Assembly: GCA_964584755.1 (NCBI GenBank) | Contig: CAZPAV010000008.1 | Coordinates: 2,570 to 66,569 of the forward strand | Origin: an uncultured Acidimicrobiaceae bacterium | GTDB lineage: Bacteria > Actinomycetota > Acidimicrobiia > Spongiisociales > UBA5794 | Direction of reading: 5' to 3' | Length of the DNA: 64,000 nucleotides | Part shown: piece after piece, positions 37,815 through 46,530 of the stretch | Layout of the letters: every line of letters begins with the position of its first letter | Position numbering within the stretch: position 1 is the first letter of the stretch | Position numbers and translations under genes: made by a program | Notes under the pieces: model-generated | Database searches by the model: none | Told to the model about the DNA's origin: nothing | What the model saw: only the letters and a program-made list of their open reading frames with translations

Positions 37815-38423
37815 TCAGCGACGCAGGGCCGACGGCAGCGGGATCTCCGCCGGGAGGTCCGGTGCCGGCTCGGGATCGCCGTAGCCGGTACGCAGCGGCA
37901 CGACCCCGGCCCACACCGGGAGATCGCGGTCGGCCTCCTCGTCTCCGGGCGGACCGGTCCGCACCTTCGCCGAGGCCGTCTCGATGGCGACGGCCACCAG
38001 CCGTGTCGCCCGATCCTCCCGCTCGTCGGGGTGCCGCGCCTCGGCCCAGCGACCGGGGAGGACGTGCTCGGTGATCGCCCGGAAGGCGACCTCCCGTTCG
38101 GCGGGGTCGACCACCGTGCGCGCCGTCCCGTACAGCACGACGGAGCGGTAGTTGAGCGAGTGGTGGAACGCGGAGCGGGCGACGACGATCCCGTCGACGA
38201 GCGTCGCCGTGACACACACCGGGACACCCCGTCCGACGGCGCGCAGCATGCGGCTCGCCGGCGAGCCGTGCAGGTAGAGCACGTCCCCCACCCGGGCGTG
38301 GATGGTCGGGATGACCACGGGCCGATCCTCGTCAACGAACCCGACGTGACACACGAGCGCCTCGTCGAGGATGGCGTCGATCGTCGCCCGGTCGTAGCGG
38401 GCTCGTTCGGGGAGCCTTCGCAC
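37815..38423 (-). CDS. pyridoxamine 5'-phosphate oxidase-family flavin/F420-binding protein
   Basis: Split-barrel PNPOx-like N-terminus (DAILDEALVCHVGFVDEDRPVVIP). Confidence 0.65.
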   Translation of the reverse strand: MRRLPERARYDRATIDAILDEALVCHVGFVDEDRPVVIPTIHARVGDVLYLHGSPASRMLRAVGRGVPVCVTATLVDGIVVARSAFHHSLNYRSVVLYGTARTVVDPAEREVAFRAITEHVLPGRWAEARHPDEREDRATRLVAVAIETASAKVRTGPPGDEEADRDLPVWAGVVPLRTGYGDPEPAPDLPAEIPLPSALRR

Positions 38424-38497
38424 CCTGGTACGGTCGTCGGGTCCGGAAATGGGGTCCTCTCGCGCGCGGGAGCCCCAGGCTAGGTCAGGAGGACCCG

Positions 38498-39094
38498 GTG
38501 GTCGCGCGACATCCCGTCCTCGCCCGTGTCTACGACCTCGTCATGGCACCCTCCGAGCGCTTCGGGGGCATGTCCCGCGTCCGGGAGCGGCTGGTGCGGG
38601 ACGCGACCGGTCGCGTCCTCGAGGTGGGGATCGGCACCGGTCTGCTCCTCCCCCACTACCGAGCCGCGGCGGAGGTCCACGGCGTGGATCCGGACCCGCT
38701 CATGTTGCGACGGGCGCGGCGGCGGGCGGCGGCGGTGCCGGTACCGGTCCGGCTCGTCCTCGGCGACGCCAGGGCCCTCCCCTACCGCCGCGACACCTTC
38801 GACGTCGCGGTCGTCGGGCTGGCCTTCTGCACCATCCCCACCCCGTCGCGAGCCCTCGCCGAGCTGCGACGTGTCGTGCGTCCCGGTGGCGAGCTGCGCT
38901 TCCTGGAACACGTTCGCTCCCCGTCGCCACGCGTGGCGGCCTGGCAACGGCGGCTCGCTCCGGCGTGGCGCCGGGTCGCGGGAGGGTGCCGTCTCGACCA
39001 GGACACCGTCGCCGTCGTCGAGGCCGCGGGGTGGCGGATCGTCCATCTGTGGCGTTCCGGCAACGGGGTCATGGTGAGCGGGCGCGCCGTCTGA
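38498..39094 (+). CDS. class I SAM-dependent methyltransferase
   Basis: Motif I (VLEVGIGTG) and post-I acidic residues. Confidence 0.7.
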   Translation: MVARHPVLARVYDLVMAPSERFGGMSRVRERLVRDATGRVLEVGIGTGLLLPHYRAAAEVHGVDPDPLMLRRARRRAAAVPVPVRLVLGDARALPYRRDTFDVAVVGLAFCTIPTPSRALAELRRVVRPGGELRFLEHVRSPSPRVAAWQRRLAPAWRRVAGGCRLDQDTVAVVEAAGWRIVHLWRSGNGVMVSGRAV

Positions 39095-39102
39095 GCCCCG
39101 TC

Positions 39103-40221
39103 TCAGCGGGCGGCGAGCGCCTCGACGAGATCGTCGATCGCCTCGAAGCTCGTCGTGGCGTGAGGCGCCGCCCGCACCCACCCCGACCGCTCCGAGACCA
39201 CGAAGCCGGAGGCGCCGAGTCGGGCGACCGTCGCCGCCGCCGGCTCGTCGGGAAGCCGGAATGTCACGATCCCGGCGCGTTCCCGCTCGCCGCGCCAGGG
39301 GGCGCGTACCTCCGCCCCCACCGTCGCGACCCCCTCCATGACCGCCGCGGACCGGTCGAGCACCGCAGTCTCGATGGCGTCCATGCCGGCGATCTCGATC
39401 GTCTCGATCGCCGCGGCGGCGGCCAGCGCGCCGATGGCGTCGGGGGACCCGGGATGGAAGCGCTCGGCGTCCGAGCGCGGCGCGTGCGGGGCCGGGGTCA
39501 CGAAGTCGAACGCGTCCTCGACCCCCCACCAACCGGCGAGGGTCGGCTCCAGCTCGTCGAGCGCGCGTGCCGACGCCGCCATGACGCCGGCTCCCCACCC
39601 GGCCCGCAGCCACTTCTGTCCCCCCGCCACGAGGACGTCCGCCGGACCGAGGCTGCACCGCACGGCGCCGACTCCCTGGATGGCGTCGACGACGAGGAGG
39701 GCGTCTCGGGCGACGCTCCGGAGCTCCTCGAGATCGACGCGGAACCCGGTGGCGTAGTCGACCAGGCTCACCGCGACGGCGACCGTGCCGGCGTCGGTGG
39801 CCGTGCCGAGCGCGGCGGCGGTCACCCGGTGGTCGGGGACCTCGACGAGCCGGACCTCGGGTCCTCCGGCGGCCTCGGCGCGCAGCCACGGATAGACGTT
39901 GGCGGGGAACTCGTGGGCGGGAACGACGACGTTCCCGGAGCGTCCGAGGAGTCCGAACGCCACCTGGAACAGCCCCGCCGAGGTGGAGGGAACCACGGTG
40001 GCCCGCTCCGGGGGGACGCCGAGGAAACGCGCCACCGTGGCCAGCGCCGCCTCGTACGCTCCGAAGACGGCGGCCCCCACCGATCCGTCCGGGGCCGCGG
40101 CGCGGGCCAGCCCGTCGCCGACGGCCTCCCGCACCCGAGCCCCGGGAGGTCCGATCGCGGCGAAGTCGAGATAGCCGAACGGGTCCTCGAACGCGGCCAG
40201 GTACGCCGCCGGCAGGCTCAT
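39103..40221 (-). CDS. class-V-fold PLP-dependent aminotransferase or desulfurase-like enzyme
   Basis: A class-V fold with GGQKWLRAGWGAGV around the lysine. The start is the ATG at 40221, which overlaps the ABC gene stop. The 1153-aa ORF-track extension was rejected. Confidence 0.7.
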   Translation of the reverse strand: MSLPAAYLAAFEDPFGYLDFAAIGPPGARVREAVGDGLARAAAPDGSVGAAVFGAYEAALATVARFLGVPPERATVVPSTSAGLFQVAFGLLGRSGNVVVPAHEFPANVYPWLRAEAAGGPEVRLVEVPDHRVTAAALGTATDAGTVAVAVSLVDYATGFRVDLEELRSVARDALLVVDAIQGVGAVRCSLGPADVLVAGGQKWLRAGWGAGVMAASARALDELEPTLAGWWGVEDAFDFVTPAPHAPRSDAERFHPGSPDAIGALAAAAAIETIEIAGMDAIETAVLDRSAAVMEGVATVGAEVRAPWRGERERAGIVTFRLPDEPAAATVARLGASGFVVSERSGWVRAAPHATTSFEAIDDLVEALAAR

Positions 40222-41993
40222 GCCGACCCCCTCTCCCACACCTCGACGAGATGACGGTACTCGTCGCTCGTCTCGAGGAGCGTCTCGTGCGATCCGTCGG
40301 CGAGGATACGCCCCCCGGAGACGAGGACGACCCGGTCGGCGCGCATGGCACTGCGCAGGCGGTGGGCGATCACCACCGCGGTCCGACCGGCGAGGAGCAC
40401 CCGGAGCGCACCCTCCACCTCGAGCTCGGTCCGTGGGTCGAGGTTGGAGGTGGCCTCGTCGAGCACGATGACGGCAGGCTCGACGAGGAAGGCCCGGGCG
40501 AGGGCGACGAGCTGACGCTCCCCCGCCGAGAAGCGGGTGCCCCGTTCCCGCACCTCGGTGTCGAGCCCCTCGGGGAGGCTCCGTACCCATCCGTCGATGC
40601 CCATCGCCCGCAGGACGTCCCACACCTCCCGCTCGTCGGCGTCGGGCCGGGCGTACAGCAGGTTGTCGCGCAACGTACCATCGAAGAGGAACCCGTCCTG
40701 GGGGATGAGGGTCACGGCGCGCACCCGACTGGCCCGGGTGAGGTCCCGCAGGTCGTGGCCGTCGAGCAGGACGGCGCCGGTGTCGGGATCGTAGAAGCGC
40801 AGGGCGAGCTTGGCGAGGGTGGTCTTCCCCGCTCCGGTCTCGCCGACGATCGCGAGCCGCTGACCCGTCGGGACGACGAGCTCGACATCGTGGAGGACGC
40901 GCCGGTCCGGGTCGTAGCCGAACCCGACGCCGGCGAATCGGAGCTCGCCGCGGACCGGCTCCGGCAGGTCGTACGCCCCGGGCCGCTCCCGCACCTGCGG
41001 GGTGCGGTCGAGCAGCCCGAAGAGCTTGGCCAGAGCGGCGAGCGCCGCCTGGAGGAGGTTGTACACGTTGGCGAGGTTGATGATGGGCTGGAAGAGCCAG
41101 TCGAGATAGAGCAGGAAGACGACGAGGGTGCCGAAGGTCAGTGTCCCGGCGAGCACCCGCGTCCCTCCGACGAAGAGCACCGCGGCCACCGCGGCGACCC
41201 GCAGGAACGCCACCGCGGGGAAGTACCAGGAGATGGCCCGGGCCGCCGCCATGTTCGCCTCGAAGTACCCTTCGTTCACCCGGCCGAAGCTCGAGGCCTG
41301 GGAGGACTCCTGGGTGAACGCCTGGACGACCCGGACCCCCGCGATGCCCTCCTGGAGCCGGGCGAGGACCCTCCCGATGCGCTCCCGAACCTGCGCGTAG
41401 GCCCGGGCGGCCTGCCGCTGGAACACCGCCGACACCGCGACGAGGACGAGCACGATCACGAAGGTGGCCGCCGCCATGGCACGATCGACGAGGATCATGG
41501 CCGCGGCGACGCCGACGATCGTGAGGAGGTTCGTGAGCGCCATCACGGCTCCCTCCCCGGCGAACTCCTGGAGCGCCTCGATGTCGGCGGTCATCCGGCT
41601 GACGAGGACCCCGGTCCGCATCCGGGAGAAGAACGCCATGTCGAGGCTCATGAGATGCCCGAAGACGGTCTCCCGCAGCCGGAGCAGGAAGCGCTCCCCC
41701 ACCCACGCCACCGCGTACCGGGCGACCCGGTTGAACCCGTACTGGAGGAGGAGCAGGACGAGGAAGGCGAGTGCCGCCCGCCCGAGGATCTGGGGATCGC
41801 GCCCGGAGATCCCCCGATCGATCCCGATCCGCACCGTCAGCGGTCCGAGGAGCCGCGTCGCGGTGGCGAGGACCGCGGCCGCCATGGCGCCGAGCGCCGG
41901 GAGGAGCAGGTGACGGCCGAGACGCGCCGCCCGAACGAGCAGCGATCCGGGGCGCTCCACTCGAACGTCGCCGGCGTGCTGCATGTACCTCAC
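40218..41993 (-). CDS. ABC exporter, a fused permease-ATPase half-transporter
   Basis: Six TM helices plus a nucleotide-binding domain (GETGAGKTTL, LSGGQRQ). Confidence 0.85.
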   Translation of the reverse strand: MRYMQHAGDVRVERPGSLLVRAARLGRHLLLPALGAMAAAVLATATRLLGPLTVRIGIDRGISGRDPQILGRAALAFLVLLLLQYGFNRVARYAVAWVGERFLLRLRETVFGHLMSLDMAFFSRMRTGVLVSRMTADIEALQEFAGEGAVMALTNLLTIVGVAAAMILVDRAMAAATFVIVLVLVAVSAVFQRQAARAYAQVRERIGRVLARLQEGIAGVRVVQAFTQESSQASSFGRVNEGYFEANMAAARAISWYFPAVAFLRVAAVAAVLFVGGTRVLAGTLTFGTLVVFLLYLDWLFQPIINLANVYNLLQAALAALAKLFGLLDRTPQVRERPGAYDLPEPVRGELRFAGVGFGYDPDRRVLHDVELVVPTGQRLAIVGETGAGKTTLAKLALRFYDPDTGAVLLDGHDLRDLTRASRVRAVTLIPQDGFLFDGTLRDNLLYARPDADEREVWDVLRAMGIDGWVRSLPEGLDTEVRERGTRFSAGERQLVALARAFLVEPAVIVLDEATSNLDPRTELEVEGALRVLLAGRTAVVIAHRLRSAMRADRVVLVSGGRILADGSHETLLETSDEYRHLVEVWERGSA

Positions 41994-43819
41994 GGTGTCC
42001 CCTCCCCCGCCGGTTCCCGCCGGGCCAGCACCGCCGCGTAGCGAGGCTCCGACGCCATGAGCTCCTCGTGGGCGCCGACGGCGGCAATGCGTCCCTCCTC
42101 GAGGAACACCACCGTGTCGACGAGCGAGAGGGTGGAGGTGCGATGCGCCACGACGATCGTCGTGCGCCCCGCCATGACGCGCCGCAGCGCCTCCTGGATC
42201 TCCGCCTCGACGACGGCGTCCACCGAAGAGGTGGCATCGTCGAGGATGAGGACCCGGGGGTCGCGGAGGACGCCGCGGGCCAGGGCGATGCGCTGGCGCT
42301 GTCCCCCCGAGAGGGTGTGCCCGCGCTCGCCGACGACGGTCGCGTAGCCGTCGGGCAGGGCACAGATGAACTCGTGGGCGCGGGCGAGACGGGCGGCGGC
42401 ACGGACCCGGCGGTCGTCGGCGAGCTCGTCCCCCACCCGGATGTTCTCCTCGATGGAGGCGGAGAAGAGGAACGTGTCCTGGAAGACGACCGCGACCTCA
42501 CCCCGCAGCTCGTCGAGGCGGAGATCGCGGACGTCGACCCCGTCGAGGAGCACGCGTCCGACATCGACGTCGTAGAGCCGGGGCACGAGGTGGGCCAGGG
42601 TCGTCTTCCCCGAGCCGGTGGCCCCGACGAGCGCCACCGAGGAACCGCCCGGGATGGTGAGGTCGATGCCGCGCAGCACGGGAGGTCCTCCGGGGTAGGA
42701 GAAGCGCACCCCCTCGAAGCGGACCGTTCCCGACCCTTCCGGGAGGGGAACGGCGTCGCGACGGTCGTGGATCTCCGGTTCCCGGGAGAGCAGCTCGTCG
42801 ATGCGTGCGGCCGAGGCAGCCGACCGGGGGAGGTTGGCGAAGAACCACCCCGTGATCATGAGTGGGAGCACGAGCACGGAGAGGTACTGGGTGAAGGCGA
42901 CGAACTCCCCGAGGGTCACCGCCCCGGCGATGACCCGGAGTCCGCCGAGCCACAGCACCGCCACGGTGCCGAGCGCCGGGATGAGCTCGAAGAGGGGGGA
43001 GTACGTGGCCCGCTCGGCAGCGAGCGCCACGGTGTCGTCGTAGATCCCGTGTGCGGCGGCCGCCAGCTTGCGCGCCTCGTGCCCCTCCTGCCCGTACGCC
43101 TTCACCACCTGGATCCCGGCGACCGCCTCCTCCACCACCTGGCTGAGGTCGGCGAGACGCTGCTGGACGCGGAAGGAGAGCCCGATGACCCGCCGCGAGT
43201 AGCGGGAGGCCACGAGGAAGAGGGCGGGAACCGTCAGCGACCCGACGATGCCGAGGACGGGGTCGATGAGGACGAGGACGACGACCACCACGAGGAACAT
43301 CGCCAGGTTGGCGACGGTGATGGGGAGCATGGCGAGGATGAGCCGCACCTGGGAGAGATCCGAGGAGGCGCGCGCCATGAGCTGCCCCGTCGGGGTACGG
43401 TCGTGGAAGCTGAAGGCGAGACGCTGGATGTGCGAGAAGAGGCGGTTCCGCAGGTCCGCCTCGGCCCGGTAGGAGAGCGCGAAGCCGAAGTAGCGCCGCG
43501 TCCCGATCCCGACCGCCTGCAGCACCCCGGAAAGGACGAGCGCCCCCACGAGGGGCAGGAGGCGTCCGGGCCGGCCGGCGAGGATCGCGTCGTCGACGAC
43601 GTGCTTGACGAGATAGGGGATGGCGACGACGAGGGACATCCACAGGAGGGCGCCGAGGATGGATGCGGCGGCGACCCGCGGGTAGGCGCGGACCGTTCGG
43701 ACGAGGAGCCGCAGCCCCCGCCCGAGGCCGGCGCCCGACCCACCGGAGGTCAGCGCCACCACCTCCCCGGCGGCGCCGCCGGCCGCGCCGCGGTCCGTCC
43801 GGTCGCGCCGGTCTCCCAC
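41990..43819 (-). CDS. ABC exporter, a fused permease-ATPase half-transporter and partner of the preceding one
   Basis: A TM domain plus a nucleotide-binding domain (GATGSGKTTL, LSGGQRQRIALAR). It overlaps the downstream ABC gene. Confidence 0.85.
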   Translation of the reverse strand: MGDRRDRTDRGAAGGAAGEVVALTSGGSGAGLGRGLRLLVRTVRAYPRVAAASILGALLWMSLVVAIPYLVKHVVDDAILAGRPGRLLPLVGALVLSGVLQAVGIGTRRYFGFALSYRAEADLRNRLFSHIQRLAFSFHDRTPTGQLMARASSDLSQVRLILAMLPITVANLAMFLVVVVVLVLIDPVLGIVGSLTVPALFLVASRYSRRVIGLSFRVQQRLADLSQVVEEAVAGIQVVKAYGQEGHEARKLAAAAHGIYDDTVALAAERATYSPLFELIPALGTVAVLWLGGLRVIAGAVTLGEFVAFTQYLSVLVLPLMITGWFFANLPRSAASAARIDELLSREPEIHDRRDAVPLPEGSGTVRFEGVRFSYPGGPPVLRGIDLTIPGGSSVALVGATGSGKTTLAHLVPRLYDVDVGRVLLDGVDVRDLRLDELRGEVAVVFQDTFLFSASIEENIRVGDELADDRRVRAAARLARAHEFICALPDGYATVVGERGHTLSGGQRQRIALARGVLRDPRVLILDDATSSVDAVVEAEIQEALRRVMAGRTTIVVAHRTSTLSLVDTVVFLEEGRIAAVGAHEELMASEPRYAAVLARREPAGEGTP

Positions 43820-43932
43820 GGTCCGGAACGGGACGGGGGAGGGCGTTCGGCGGAGGTGGGGACGGTCACCACCGGCCCGAGGATAGGAAGGGGTATCGTC
43901 GATGCGGCGGGCCCCTCCCTACACTCGGCTCG

Positions 43933-45522
43933 ATGCGCCGGCTCCTCTTCGTGCTCGTCGCCGCCGCGCTCGCGGCCTCCGCCTGCGTCGCCGGCGGCGA
44001 CAACGTCATCGCCGCGGGGGAGCGCGCCGCGGCCCCCAGCACGGTCCCCCTCACGTCGCTCCCCCCCATCTCCTCCTCGACGGCGCCCGCCGGTGCTCCG
44101 GCCGCCCCGGTGCCGACGACGACCACGACCACCACCACGACGGCCCCCACCCGCCCCGCCGGCGTCGTCACCCCCGAGACCGTGGGCGTCCCGTGGGGGA
44201 CGGTGAACGGCCTCACGATGTTCCGCGGCAACCCCACCCGTACCTTCTACGGCACCGGTCCGGTCCCCGACCGGGCTCCGAAGCTCGCCTGGCGGTTCCC
44301 GGACAAGGCCATGTGCGGACAGTCCCCGGTGGGGAGGAAGCCCAAGGTGTGGTGCGGCACCGGCTGGACGGGGCAGCCGGTCGTCTGGGAGCGCCCCGAC
44401 GGCGTCACCGAGGTCATCTTCGGTGCCTACGACAAGCGGCTCCACTTCCTCGACGCCGCGACCGGGGAACGCACCCGACCCGACTTCGACATGGGCGACA
44501 TCATCAAGGGCTCGGTGACCCTCGACCCGGACGGGTACCCGCTCCTCTACGCCGGATCCCGGGACCCGCGGTACCGCATCATCGCCCTCGACGGCGACGC
44601 ACCCCACGAGGTGTGGTCGCTGCACGCCCGCTCCGTGGCCGGGATCTGGAACGACGACTGGGACTCCAACGGCGTCGTCGTCGACGACATGCTCTACGAG
44701 GGCGGGGAGAACTCGTGGTGGTTCGCCGTGAAGCTCAACCGGGGATACGACGCCGACGGGAAGGTCACGGTGGACCCCCAGATCGTGTTCGACATGCCCG
44801 TGTGGACCGACGAGCTGCGCAAGGTCATCGGACGTCAGCAGAGCGTCGAGAACTCCACGGCGGTGTTCGGTCGGACGGCGTACTTCGCGAACTCGGCGGG
44901 ACGGGTGGTGGGCGTGGACCTCTCGCACCTGGCGGAGGGCGAGGCGAAGGTCGTCTTCGACTTCTGGATGGGCGACGACACCGACGCCACGATCACCATC
45001 GACGCCGAGGGCATGCTCTACGTCGCCGCCCAGCAGGACCTGGCCCTCCGCAACACGACGGCGGCCCGTCGCGTCCGCGAGGTGGGCCAGGTCGTGAAGC
45101 TCGACCCGTCCCGACCGGACGACCCGATCGTGTGGTCCGTCGAGGTGCCGGCGGCGCGAGGCCAGAAGGCGGGCGTGTGGGCCACGCCGGCGCTGTACGA
45201 CGGGGTCCTCTACGTCGCCACGAACCCCGGCGATCTCCTCGCGATCGACACCGCCAGCGGCGAGGTCGTCTGGAAGGACTACGTGGGTGGCAACGCCTGG
45301 TCGTCCCCCGTCGTCGCCGACGGCCGGCTCGTGGTCGCCGTGGACTGCCTCACCGACCACTCCGGATTCCGCGCCTACGACCTCGCCGCCGATCCCCGCT
45401 CCCCGCGCCGTCTCTGGACGACGCCGGTCGGTGGCGGGTGCATCGAGTCCACGCCGGCCATCTGGAACGGCCGCATCTACGTTGGCTCCCGGGACGGCTT
45501 CTTCTACGCTCTCGGGAGCTGA
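43933..45522 (+). CDS. lipoprotein with a PQQ-like beta-propeller repeat domain
   Basis: A lipobox (LAASACVAGG), a Thr9 linker and repeated ...DG.L... blades. The start is the ATG at 43933. Confidence 0.6.
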   Translation: MRRLLFVLVAAALAASACVAGGDNVIAAGERAAAPSTVPLTSLPPISSSTAPAGAPAAPVPTTTTTTTTTAPTRPAGVVTPETVGVPWGTVNGLTMFRGNPTRTFYGTGPVPDRAPKLAWRFPDKAMCGQSPVGRKPKVWCGTGWTGQPVVWERPDGVTEVIFGAYDKRLHFLDAATGERTRPDFDMGDIIKGSVTLDPDGYPLLYAGSRDPRYRIIALDGDAPHEVWSLHARSVAGIWNDDWDSNGVVVDDMLYEGGENSWWFAVKLNRGYDADGKVTVDPQIVFDMPVWTDELRKVIGRQQSVENSTAVFGRTAYFANSAGRVVGVDLSHLAEGEAKVVFDFWMGDDTDATITIDAEGMLYVAAQQDLALRNTTAARRVREVGQVVKLDPSRPDDPIVWSVEVPAARGQKAGVWATPALYDGVLYVATNPGDLLAIDTASGEVVWKDYVGGNAWSSPVVADGRLVVAVDCLTDHSGFRAYDLAADPRSPRRLWTTPVGGGCIESTPAIWNGRIYVGSRDGFFYALGS

Positions 45523-46508
45523 TGGTCACCTCGCCACCGTCGGGCCTCGCCTCCGGCGCCCGCACCTTCGCCGGGCTCGTCCTCCTCGTGCTGGGGACGG
45601 CGGCGACCCTCGTCACCGCCCTCGGCTTCCTCGGCGACCGGTGGTGGGGGTTCGACCTCGTCGCGAACCTCCGCTTCCCCGCCGCGGTCGTCCTCCTCCT
45701 CGCCGGCATCGTCTACGGGCTCGTCTTCGGGCGGGGCGCCGCCGCCGTCTTCGTCGTCGCCGCCCTCGTCGACGCCGCGCTCCTCGCCCCCCTCTGGCTG
45801 ACCCGACCCCCGCGACCCACGGCGACGGCACGCCTCGTCGTGGCGACGTACGACGCCCACCACGATCCGTCACGCCGCAACCAGGTCGTCGAGTGGCTCC
45901 GCACCCTCGAGGCCGACGTCGTGTTCCTCCAGGACACCACGGACGCCTGGGTCGAGGCGCTCGCCGCCGCCGGGCTCCCCTACCGGATCGTCGCCACCCC
46001 GCTCCCCGAGACCGCCACCGGCACCATCGCCCTCTCCCGCACCTCCGTCGATGCCCGCGCCTACCCGCTCGGGGCGGGCCGCGACCCCGTCGTGGAGATC
46101 CAGACCTCCCTCGCCGGCGCCGAGCTCACCATCCTCAACGTCCGGTCCCCCTTCCCCACCGACGCCACCGCCGCCTCCGCCCAGCGTGACCTCTTCCTCC
46201 GGCTCGCCGACATCACGAGGGAGCGGACTCGACCCACGCTCCTCATCGGGGACCTCGGGACGACCCGGTGGACGAGCGTCTTCGCGATCCTCACCCGCTC
46301 CGGGGCGCTCACCGACTCCGAGGAGGGCCACGGCTACCAGGGAACGTGGCCGGCCCGGGACTGGCCCCTCCTCGAGGCCCTCGTCGCGCTCCCCGTCGAC
46401 CACGCCCTGACGAGCAGCAGCCTGACGACGGTCCGGCGGGAGACCGGTCCCCGCCTCGGGACCTCGCAACGACCCCTCGTCGTCGAGCTCGCGCCGGCCT
46501 CCGGCTGA
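45522..46508 (+). CDS. membrane-anchored endonuclease/exonuclease/phosphatase (EEP) family protein
   Basis: Two N-terminal TM helices are followed by an EEP-like fold (...LIGDLGTTRWTS...). It overlaps the upstream gene (ATGA). Confidence 0.55.
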   Translation: MVTSPPSGLASGARTFAGLVLLVLGTAATLVTALGFLGDRWWGFDLVANLRFPAAVVLLLAGIVYGLVFGRGAAAVFVVAALVDAALLAPLWLTRPPRPTATARLVVATYDAHHDPSRRNQVVEWLRTLEADVVFLQDTTDAWVEALAAAGLPYRIVATPLPETATGTIALSRTSVDARAYPLGAGRDPVVEIQTSLAGAELTILNVRSPFPTDATAASAQRDLFLRLADITRERTRPTLLIGDLGTTRWTSVFAILTRSGALTDSEEGHGYQGTWPARDWPLLEALVALPVDHALTSSSLTTVRRETGPRLGTSQRPLVVELAPASG

Positions 46509-46530
46509 GGGGGCGGTACCCTCTCTCGCC

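Noticed and set aside
39103-42564. 1153-aa ORF extending the class-V PLP enzyme gene through both ABC genes
   Set aside because: The PLP-enzyme similarity starts at MSLPAAY (40221). The upstream part is a low-complexity shadow of the ABC transporter genes, which are clearly encoded in a different frame.
41771-44206. 811-aa plus-strand ORF across the ABC gene and lipoprotein start
   Set aside because: A shadow or low-complexity ORF. It overlaps the well-supported ABC exporter (minus strand) and is out of frame with the PQQ lipoprotein gene.
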